Shown: piece after piece, positions 38,001-48,539 of the stretch
Position numbering within the stretch: position 1 is the stretch's first letter
Layout of the letters: the number at the start of each line of letters is the position of its first letter
Source of the DNA: Octopus bimaculoides
Lineage: Eukaryota
Length of the DNA stretch: 48,539 nucleotides
Assembly (NCBI RefSeq): GCF_001194135.2
Contig: NC_068981.1
Location: 51,170,578-51,219,116 of the forward strand
Direction: 5' to 3'
The notes under the pieces: generated by a model
Databases searched by the model: none
Seen by the model: the letters and a program-made list of their open reading frames with translations, nothing else
What the model was told of the DNA's origin: nothing
Program-made: the position numbers and the translations under genes

Positions 38001-40317
38001 TGTTTTCATCCAGGATATATATGTGACTGTGTAGGAATGGGTAAGCCAGGCTAGGATTGTTAGTTGTGGCTATTGTTTAGCACTAAGCTTATGAAAGCTA
38101 TTCCAACCATGTTTATCCTTTCCTTTTATAGGTATCTAGGAACACATTATTCTTTGGACCGTTCCCAGGTTCAAGACAAAAAATGTATTTGTTTTTCGAT
38201 TAGGTCAAGCAAGCACTTAGAAAGTAGATAGTGGTTGTTTTCTTTACCCACACAAGACGTATATATTTACTTGAATATGGTATAGAAGAAACGTATTGAA
38301 TTAGTTCAAAATCTTTTTTTATATATGATATTTTTAAATTTTTATATCCAACGACAAATTATAATAGATATCGTGTGAGATCTTATTAATTAAGAGAATT
38401 GTATTGTCGGATGAGATTAAATCTCATCCAATGTGCTTATGTCATTTTTGTTTTATCAATGACGTAAATCTCTTATGTGTTATTTCATATGAGTGATATT
38501 GCTTATTATCTTGATACTCTCGGCTAGAACGAGACAAGTAGGATTATTGTATCGTCTTCAATATTTATTTTGTCTTTCAAAGTATTTTATGAACGAAGCA
38601 AATTATATTCTAAAGATATTCAATGACACCTGAAAATGGTTTGATCACAATTTGATTGGTGGCTACAGTTTGACGATACAAATGTCCTTAAGTCAAATAA
38701 CTCTTCATACTTTTCTATGGTTTTAAAATAGAAATAGCTTCTGTTTTTTCTTTTACTTTATAAATTTCAATATAGTCGGTTAGTAGTGAAGGAATATAAT
38801 TAATGAATGCTTAACTTTGATTTGTCAGATGGCAAGGGCAACTATATGTCAATCGATTACAGTTTAAAATAAGTACTGTTTTTTTATTAATATTTAACCA
38901 GTAATGAAACTGCTGTTGTTTTCATGGTGTATATTTCTGCTGTCTTGTGATTTATCCTGAGCATCTATTTCCGAATGGAGTAAATTTTTAGAGAATCTTT
39001 TTTAAGAGTAAATTTCAAAGAAAAACTTTTTTTATTTCCTTTGATATTGAAGCACGAGCTGAAGAACTTTGATCTTGGAAACGATTTCCATCTTTTATCT
39101 GTTATTTATCTCTTATTGCTACTAAAGTCTCTCTTCATGTCCACCTATTCAAACTAAAAGTGCATTGAAATGCACATTGCATAGAAACTGAAATGCGTAC
39201 ATCTTCACTTATTAAAAGAAGGGAAGTAAAAAAATTTTACATCAAACGTGATACACCAATGTAAATTCACAACTGTGACTAATTCATATACATATATATA
39301 TACACACACTTACACTACACACACACACACACATACACACACACACATACACACACGCACACAAATACACACACACACACAAATACACAAAGACGCTCAT
39401 ACGCTTACATAGATACATATGAGTCGCTAAAATTAAAATTAACGCAGATAAAGATCAGCTCACAAGTTTTGATGTTCTGTTTCTCTCTTGTAATTATATA
39501 GTTGTCAATGTGCAAGGTTTCTGCCGAATATCAATGATTAGAATTACATAAAAAATTTGATGAACATAAATATGACTACCATGTTGCATTTAGAAGGCTA
39601 GGTGTAGTTTTCGAGTCAGGTTTGCAAGCTGAAAATCCAACAACCTAACAAGGCTGGCAATAATCTTGTACCACCCCATGTTATGGCATCTCCAGAAGCT
39701 TCACAAACTCAAAATTAGCAAGAATTTGACTAAATTGCTCCCAGGCAGATGGAGTAAAAAAGAACATTTATAAACGTGTTTACAGACCAAGTGTTTTATT
39801 ATCCATATAGTTAACCATTTCTGAAAGACCAAATACAGTTTCACATGTGTGTGTTGGGAGGATGTACTGCCTGTAGATCTGTATCGTTTGACGAGGAGTA
39901 TACAGTTGCGCGGTCACAAGAATTAATTGCTCCTAAATTAACATGTGCGTGGCAGTCTATTCCATAAAACACCTCTACCCGCCAGGTAATATTCATACAG
40001 AATCAGCAAAATAGTATGTGCGACATGTCTGTACATTTATATATTGCAACACAGTCCAGCCGACGGACATCTACACAGTTGCAATCAACCTAATTTCATT
40101 TATAAGGTGTAAGTCAACCTGAGGCCAGACATGGTCTCATTTTGTCCCAGACACTAGAAAGTGAGATTGAAGCCAGAACCTGGTTTTACCATTCCTTCAT
40201 GCTGCACCTACTATATACATATACTCATACACTCCAACAGAAGCACAAAATATATATACCTCTGAATACACATACACATACGCACATGCTCATACACAAA
40301 CGCACTAACACGTACAC

Positions 40318-40320
40318 CTG

Positions 40321-40414
<94 letters not shown>

Positions 40415-40560
40415 CGTAGACACACACTCACACACACACACACACACACACAGATATATATATATATATATATACATATATATACATACACAAACTATGC
40501 ATATATATGTATACACACATACATATATACACGTACACGTACGGACATGCACACAGACAT
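40318..40560. repeat. (TATC)n-(TA)n-(CA)n compound microsatellite
   Basis: Directly visible. Confidence 0.95.
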
Positions 40561-41949
40561 GTACATCTGTTTAATATACGTATAGAAAGTGCATAATCAG
40601 TAGTGTTTGGGGCGAAGTATTTCGCAGTATGATATTAAGGGCCTTTACATTCTGATTTCAAATTTCGCCGAGTCTTGTCTCCCATTCTCCTCAGATTAAA
40701 AGAACAAGTAGGTTTTTGTTTTTATTGCGTGGTTAAAGTAAATAAATAGAAAGAAAAGTAAATAAATATAATGAAAGATAGATAGAGTGAGGGGTGAAAT
40801 TAAGGACTGGCTTTGAGGTGTATAAGAATATAGTGTTTAACAATATAGTGTACAAACATAGCATCTCTCTTATATTCTCCGCTATCTTTGTACACTATAT
40901 TTTCAAACACTATTTGTTAAGCCAATTGTTAACTTCCCCGATCACTCCGTCTACTTATCTTTCTATTTATTAATTTTTCTTTCCTCTTACCACTTACTAG
41001 CCACTTCGGCAACCATTCTGTTATTGAATGTTAATATGTTCGCCTCTTTTCTCTAGGTGTTTGCAATATCAGGACTCTGTCTGATATAGATTTACGCAGG
41101 GTTTTAGATATTGACTTATTGACTTATTTCTACAACATCGGGAAGTCGAACTGTGAACTGTTATGTTGCTTTTTTTTCCCCTTTCTTCTCTTCATCTTAT
41201 TCTTTTACTCCTGTCCTCTATGTTGTCATTTCATTAATCAATCCCATTCTCATTTTCCTTATTTGTCTACGATGACGGAATATACAATACTCCCAGAAGC
41301 AGCTGTAAGACTTTGAATTTTTTCCATTAATAGTAATGTATATGACTTGAGATGTTTGCCTTGCCTTAACGTTTGTTGTCCACTTTAACAATTATATATA
41401 TATATATATATATNNNNNNNNNNNNNNNNNNNNNNNNNNNNNNNNNNNNNNNNNNNNNNNNNNNNNNNNNNNNNNNNNNNNNNNNNNNNNNNNNNNNNNN
41501 NNNNNNNNNNNNNNNNNNNNNNNNNNNNNNNNNNNNNNNNNNNNNNNNNNNNNNNNNNNNNNNNNNNNNNNNNNNNNNNNNNNNNNNNNNNNNNNNNNNN
41601 NNNNNNNNNNNNNNNNNNNNNNNNNNNNNNNNNNNNNNNNNNNNNNNNNNNNNNNNNNNNNNNNNNNNNNNNNNNNNNNNNNNNNNNNNNNNNNNNNNNN
41701 NNNNNNNNNNNNNNNNNNNNNNNNNNNNNNNNNNNNNNNNNNNNNNNNNNNNNNNNNNNNNNNNNNNNNTATACATATGTATACATATACATATATGTAT
41801 ATATGCATACATATAGAAATCTACACATATATATACATATATATCTATACATATATTCAGTTTTAATTTCATTTCAAAGCTATGGCTGTCCTGCGGCAAC
41901 GCCGTTTTACTACACTATCATTACCGAAATGTTCTAATATGTGACATTT

Positions 41950-42930
41950 AGTGAATAAGGGCTTTTGATGTCACTACCCTCATTTGCACCTCCTGCCGTG
42001 AGGTAGGCTCGTCTAGAACTCTCGACAGAAAGAGATTCAGTTTGATTTGAAAACACCGACGTTCTAGGACTAATATTTTCCATTTACTGCTGTGTTGGTG
42101 GTTAAAGAGCCCTGCTCTTGACAAGCATACACGACTACAAACATTGCAAACCAAACTTTACCATTCCCTACACTAGCAGTGCACTTTAGAGCAGCGCACT
42201 TAAATTCTTCATGCAAAATACGTGCTCTCTCAAAGGTGTCTACCCCCTCCTTAACTTGCTTCCTCCGTCCGTGGTGATGACAGACATTGCTCTCCCATTC
42301 AGTCTCCTGCATATCACAAGCTTTAAATGAAGACTTGACACAGTCCTTAAATCGGAGCCTTGGTTTCTGCCGAAGTCTCTTTCCACTAACAATTTCTCCG
42401 TATAGCATTTGTTTAGGGAACCTGCCCACTCCAACATAACCTGTGCGTGTGCACCATCGCCTCAATACTCAAGATATCAGCTTTCCTCGAGATCTGTGTA
42501 TCTGGAGATTTTAAGGTCCAGCTAACATTCAGAATGTATCTCAGAATCTCTGATGAAAGGGGTCAAGGACCCTTACATGACGTGTGTAAAGGGTCCATGT
42601 CTCAGATGAATAAAGGAGCGATGTCTGTATACATGCACGGTACACAGTAAAGTTTGTTTACCTTGTGATGCCATACTGGGACCAGACACGTGACTGAATA
42701 GGCCAGAATGAATCAGTTGCTCTCTGCAGCCTGAGAGATATTTAATCACCAAGTGAGCAAGAACGGCTGAGTGTGCTGCCAAGGTAGACAAACCTGTTTC
42801 CAGTTTCGGTATTGTTCCTTCACCCAAGATAGCTGGTTCCACATGTGGATTTCTTGAAGGAGAGCCGGTTGAGGTTATGGTCTGAGCTTCTTCCCACAGA
42901 TCCAGCAAGTAAAACCATTTTGATCAATAA
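41950..42930 (-). mobile_element. Decayed RTE-clade LINE, RT C-terminus and 3' zinc finger
   Basis: FPKQMLYGEIVSGKRLRQKPRLRFKDCVK; CNVCSRVCLSRAGLFNH; upstream HVEPAI..TGLSTLAAHS corresponds to ..FVYLGSTLS in another frame. Confidence 0.8.
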
Positions 42931-43559
42931 GTAGTGAAAGAGTGACATTTCATATCCTATGCAACCGTAATAGATACAATCTACAGTAAATCAATGATTC
43001 ATTCCAACTAAAAGAAAGGACAGTGCTGCCATGATTTACTTATAGATGATAACAAAGAAGAATAGGCAAGAAGAAACCGGAAAAACACCGGACGCCAGAC
43101 AGGGAATACGGTATAATAATAATAATAATACATTATCAACAAGGTATGTATGAAGAGGATTGGGTGAACAAGACCCTAGTGCATTCTGACAGTATCATCC
43201 AACAGAAGAAAGACAGGTGGAGACGGGGACGAATCAAAGTGGGACAGCTTCCATAAAATATTTACCTGCTTGAAGAAATTGAAAGCTGTGCTGATATCGA
43301 GGGCGGTAATGTTTCTTTCACCTGCGAACATAGCATTACAGAAACCTTACTGGCGGCCATTAAACAGAAAAAAAAGAGATATAGAGAAAAATTTTAAATG
43401 TGGAACATCGTTGTAAATGGCCGTACCCATTATCTTAGAGACATTAGATTTTTAGAGTGTGTGTAACTTTTTTATATTTCTAGTGTGTCATATTTGTACG
43501 AGGTGAATTTCGTTGTTGCCTCTCCTCCACACAAGTTGAGGTCTTCCACTTGAAAGATC

Positions 43560-44800
43560 GTATATATATAGTGGTTAGAGATATGTTTTCAAGTGCATCC
43601 ATGATGTGTTTGTGCTTGAAAGTTGGAGGAAGAGAGAGAAAGTAATTGAAAGAAGTGAAATGGAGTTAGATTGGAAAATTTCATGGATGGTGGGTTGTGG
43701 TTTTCTTGTCATTGTCTTTGTTGCAGTTACTGGTATTGTTCAAACTGCTGGTGTTAATACTTCTACCGTTGTTGATATTACAGTTGAAGTTGTTTGTGTT
43801 GTTTCTATTTCTACTGTTGTTTGGGCTAGTGCCGCTGCTGTTCTTGTTCTTTTCACTATAGATATCGGAGTTGTCCCTATTCTATGTCATAGTCGTCAGG
43901 GTTGTGTTCTCGGTAGAATGGAGGGGGGGGGTTCCTCTCACCTGTTATAAGGGTCTTAGGTGATTTTTCAGCACTACACCTGCAACTTTGATCTTCTTCC
44001 ATCAACCACAACAGCTCTTCGCAATTGGGTAGCTGCATAAGTTCTGGAATCTTTCTCGAATCTTTGGGATTGATATGGAGGAATTCCAGTATAGACTCAA
44101 AACCCCAAATTCCGTCTCAGTCATTTGCCGTCGAGGAGGATGTCACTGCCCTCTAAGACAACAGAAGCCAACTGCCACCAGATTCCCATACCTGGTGAAA
44201 CACTTTCTACTTCTATGTGGCAGATCCTTCTTTCTAAATATGCTAGCTAGTGGGTGAATTTCCTCTCATATATAGGTATTATGGAGTGTATCAGCGCGAG
44301 GATTTTGCAGTAGAAGAGGACCTCTTCACACTCTACCTTGTTCTGTGCACAGACTGAATTTCTGTATATATTTTTGAAGACTCATTCTACTTAGGTGTGT
44401 TGCTGCTTCTAGGCAACGTGTTTTCACCGACACAGCGTTATAACACCGTTTTCAGAGCATAGAGCATCCTTTTTCCGTGTAGTTGTTCTTAAAACCTTTG
44501 CTTGTATCGTAGCTTTGTTCTTTCTTTCATTTACTTTCACAAATTAGAGGGCTTATATTCGACTTACCTCTTCGTTCTGGGCGCGAGGAGCAGTAAGTAG
44601 TTTGTTATTTCACTGTCATCCAAGCTAAAGACTCCCTGCCAATGGAGTCACACCATTGATAATGTTTTTGTTGCTGGTGTTGTTCTTGCTGTCGCTGCTT
44701 CGCTATTTTTTGAAGCTATTCCTGGTGTCATTTCTATCCTAGTTGTTATTCTTGACGTTACTGTAATTGTTGCGACTGTTGTTATTATTAGTGTTATCTT
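43560..44800 (-). mobile_element. Decayed L1/Tx1-type ORF1 (gag-like) with Asn/Thr-rich low-complexity tract
   Basis: VVVDGRRSK preceding a broken zinc knuckle (about 43960-44020), upstream EFSLCTE..PTY motif, downstream N-rich tract. ORF 43606..43950 is its antisense shadow. Confidence 0.45.
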
Positions 44801-44910
44801 TATTTATATCATTGTTCTCGTATTCCATAATTTTTCTGTGTCATCATAGCTACAGGTATTATGCAAGCAGCTGGCTTTTAAGTTGTAGTAAAAGGAACAG
44901 CTAATATATA

Positions 44911-45192
44911 CATTATTTACATTATTTACATTAGACGGATATTTGTCCTCATCTTGTTTGTTGTTTACACGTTTCGGCTGATATACTCTCCAGCCTTCAT
45001 CAGATGTCTTGGGAAAATTTCGAACCTGGGTTCTCATTCCAAAGGTATTTCTCGATGTTATTATTATATGGCGTAGTGGTTAAAAGTTCGGGCTACTAAC
45101 CCAAAGATTCCGAGTTCGATTCCAGGCAGTGACCTGAATAATAATAATAATAATAATGTACATAATTCCGCATCGCTTAAATATAGAACTGT
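44911..45192 (+). mobile_element. tRNA-headed SINE-like element with inverted hammerhead-containing body, flanked by a 12-bp TSD
   Basis: A box TGGCGTAGTGG 45069-45079; B box GAGTTCGATTCC 45112-45123; (AAT)n; tail 45155-45192; body in opposite orientation 44911-45067; agctaatatata at 44899-44910 and 45193-45204. Confidence 0.8.
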
Positions 45193-46710
45193 AGCTAATA
45201 TATAATCTCCAAGTCAGAAAAATCTGTTCCAAACCCACCATTTTATATAGTGTAGCAGGCGTTTTTCTGGTGTTGCTATCGTATTAACATTAACATTTCG
45301 GATAGGGGAAATTTTTGGAACAGATTGTCCTTTGGTGCCCCAAATTTATTGTTCTCCTCTTCCAATAAAAAGGTAGGAATCCTCATTTAATGAAATCTTC
45401 CAATAATTAAAACNNNNNNNNNNNNNNNNNNNNNNNNNNNNNNNNNNNNNNNNNNNNNNNNNNNNNNNNNNNNNNNNNNNNNNNNNNNNNNNNNNNNNNN
45501 NNNNNNNNNNNNNNNNNNNNNNNNNNNNNNNNNNNNNNNNNNNNNNNNNNNNNNNNNNNNNNNNNNNNNNNNNNNNNNNNNNNNNNNNNNNNNNNNNNNN
45601 NNNNNNNNNNNNNNNNNNNNNNNNNNNNNNNNNNNNNNNNNNNNNNNNNNNNNNNNNNNNNNNNNNNNNNNNNNNNNNNNNNNNNNNNNNNNNNNNNNNN
45701 NNNNNNNNNNNNNNNNNNNNNNNNNNNNNNNNNNNNNNNNNNNNNNNNNNNNNNNNNNNNNNNNNNNNNNNNNNNNNNNNNNNNNNNNNNNNNNNNNNNN
45801 NNNNNNNNNNNNNNNNNNNNNNNNNNNNNNNNNNNNNNNNNNNNNNNNNNNNNNNNNNNNNNNNNNNNNNNNNNNNNNNNNNNNNNNNNNNNNNNNNNNN
45901 NNNNNNNNNNNNNNNNNNNNNNNNNNNNNNNNNNNNNNNNNNNNNNNNNNNNNNNNNNNNNNNNNNNNNNNNNNNNNNNNNNNNNNNNNNNNNNNNNNNN
46001 NNNNNNNNNNNNNNNNNNNNNNNNNNNNNNNNNNNNNNNNNNNNNNNNNNNNGGTTTTGGTGGTGGTGGTGGTGGTGGTGGCTGTCGTCGTCGTCGTCGT
46101 CGTCATGATGAGCATGATGCTTTGAGGGCATACAGGAAATCCTTATATTGTTAGTGGGCAGAAATATGTGATAAAATACCTGGTTTCAAGACACGTTTTT
46201 CTCGGTCAATAATTTCTGTTACATTCCACTTACTGAAATGCTAGGTCACATAGTGCCGCTGAAATTTTAACTAACCCTAAGGATGGAATTGCTGATAGTG
46301 TCATTTGTGTTGCACAACAGCGTAAACGTTTTATCATAAAAATAATTCTCTTGTTTTAGTTTGGCAAAATGAGAGTATGTTGTTATTGCTGTTAATGTCA
46401 ACGATATCGATCAAAATGATGTTTTAAATTTTCGTTATTTTCTGTGTAAAATGCGAGTCTTGCTGTGAAATTGAATTCATTCTGTTAGATACATTGTTAA
46501 TTTTTCGTCTCTGTGTAGTTACGTTCATATATTCATTTTTGTGGAGGCGTTTCTCTGACGAGAAGCCATCTTTTCGATAAATTACAAACAGAAAAATAAG
46601 CTTATACTAAAAATAAATGACAGGCCATATGTCTCTCATTTTGGAACATAATTGCCTAGACGTCCAACGCATACCAGGAGGTTTCCTGTTCACGAATTAA
46701 CCTCCCTCCT

Positions 46711-47085
<375 letters not shown>

Positions 47086-47089
47086 TGGT

Positions 47090-47315
47090 TTCTAATTTTG
47101 GGAGAGGGAAAACTATTTCGGGGAGTGGGTAAGTCGATTACCCCAGTGTTTAATGGTACTTATTTTATCGACCACGAAAGGAGGAAAAGAGGAAAGGCAA
47201 AATCGTGCTTAGTGGATTTTTAACACAGAATGTAAAAACGGCTGAAATGACGCTAAGCATTCTGCCTAGCGTGGTAACCATTCTGCCTAGCGTGGTAACT
47301 ATTCTGCCAGCTCAC

Positions 47316-47318
<3 letters not shown>
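47090..47318 (-). mobile_element. SINE (aaggcggcgagctggcagaa family) with an internal 21-bp tandem duplication
   Basis: ttctgccagctcacctt is the rc head; gtacttattttatcgacc is the rc core; attctgcctagcgtggtaac occurs twice. Confidence 0.7.
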
Positions 47319-47440
<122 letters not shown>

Positions 47441-47654
47441 AAAAGTATTAGATAGCTGAAAAGAACGAATAGCACGGTACCGTAGGCTGCAAGTAGTAAG
47501 CTCGCTACACGTGCAAGACTCCAGGTGCTCCAACAAAGCCTGTGATAAAGAGATAATATTAATCCCTTCTACTATAGATACAAGCCTGAAATTATGGTGG
47601 AGGAGTTTACTCGATCAAATCAACCCCAGTGCTCAACTGTTACTCATTTCATCG

Positions 47655-47790
47655 ACCTTTATCCCAAATAACCTGAACAGATGTCTAAAGGAAATAGCTA
47701 TGAAGCCCAGTTTAGTACAGCTCTAGAAGACAGTGTTATTAGGGACATCTTGTATACTTAGGAGTGTTATTTTCATTACCAACTGTATTA
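47655..47790 (+). mobile_element. Extreme 3' coding end of an R4/Dong-like LINE
   Basis: IPNNLNRCLKEIAMKPSLVQL*KTVLLGTSCILRSV matches the QKIALLGTAHILRK terminus seen at 28792-28850; followed by (AAT)n. Confidence 0.6.
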
Positions 47791-47809
47791 TCTGTTGCAT
47801 GTATATGAA

Positions 47810-47883
<74 letters not shown>

Positions 47884-47884
47884 G

Positions 47885-48080
47885 GTTCTATATTCAAGAG
47901 ATGAAGAATTATGTACATTATTTACATTATTTACATTTGACGGATATTTGTCTTCATCTTGTTTGTTAGCACAACGTTTCGGCTGATATATTCTTCAGAC
48001 TTCATCAGGTGTCTTCGGGAGATTTCGAACATGGGTTCTCATTCCTAAGGTATTTTTCGATGTTATTATTATTATTCAGG
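47885..48080 (-). mobile_element. Second copy of the hammerhead-bearing SINE-like element (colinear, 5'-truncated at the head end)
   Basis: Tail, body, (AAT)n and the head terminus cctgaataat all lie on one strand; homologous to 44911-45192. Confidence 0.85.
47968..48013 (-). ncRNA. Minimal type I hammerhead ribozyme motif (Penelope type)
   Basis: GACAC-CUGAUGA-A-GUCUGA/loop/UCAGCC-GAAAC-GUU-GUGCU; one mismatch in each of stems I and II; stem III possible only via the AACGUU palindrome (dimer). Confidence 0.6.
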
Positions 48081-48539
48081 CAGGGACTCTGCCTGGCACT
48101 CACACCTTTAACTGAATTCCTAAATAGAACTGGATGCGGTTACAGATGCTACGGAAAAACAGTCAGCCACCTTCTATATATAGATGACCTNNNNNNNNNN
48201 TTACAGATGCTACGGAAAAACAGTCAGCCACCTTCTATATATAGATGACCTAAAATTATATGCTAAAAACGACAGAGAGCTAGAAACATTACTACAGACA
48301 GATCACGGCTTTATCAAGGAAATAGATATGAAATTCGGATCAGAAAAATGTGCCAAAGCAACCGTGAAAAGAGGAAAATTAGTTAAAAGTAGCAATATAA
48401 CACTAGATAAAGCCAATGAAATAAGAGAACTAGACGAAAGCCAACCATACAAGTATTTAGGAGTCAATGAACTAGATAGGATACAACATACACAAATGAA
48501 AGAAAAAATAAAGAAAGAGTACTATAGACGAGTTAGATC
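48081..48539 (+). mobile_element. R4/Dong-like LINE reverse transcriptase fragment running off the window
   Basis: CLALTPLTEFLNRTGCGYRCYGKTVSHLLYIDDLKLYAKNDRELE..MKFGSEKCAK..YKYLGVNE..KEYYRRVR. Confidence 0.9.

Noticed and set aside
43140-43400. Possible endonuclease C-terminus of another LINE
   Set aside because: Motif match too loose to assign.
45068-45136. Possible tRNA-Ser gene (ACT-like anticodon loop)
   Set aside because: It has A and B boxes but no complete acceptor stem and is fused to (AAT)n and a repeat tail, so it is a SINE head.
46545-46590. ctgacga-gaagccatctttt-cgataa as a fourth hammerhead
   Set aside because: The GAAA core and stem I are absent.
48139-48251. Direct repeat ttacagatgct..gatgacct on both sides of a 10-N gap
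   Set aside because: An identical overlap around a gap is a contig-join artefact, not a biological duplication.

Overview
AT-rich, microsatellite-laden animal DNA with seven N-gaps. The repeat families look like those of Octopus/coleoid cephalopod genomes (inference from recalled repeat families, not a database search). I find no intact, nameable protein-coding gene; nearly all supplied ORFs are microsatellite artefacts or antisense frames of transposons. Supported content: many tRNA-derived SINE copies; decayed non-LTR retrotransposons (L1/Tx1, R4/Dong-like, RTE); Penelope-like element (PLE) fragments; hAT and Tc1/mariner transposase relics; a Helitron-like element; and a processed pseudogene of COA1. 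The most interesting signal is a tRNA-headed SINE-like family carrying a minimal hammerhead-ribozyme motif of the Penelope type. It occurs twice, and one copy is internally inverted yet bounded by a single 12-bp target-site duplication. Two further hammerhead-like cores lie near the window start. Weaker leads are a phase-compatible chain of minus-strand exon-like segments with in-frame stops (19.3-22.6 kb) and two recursive-splice-site-like motifs.
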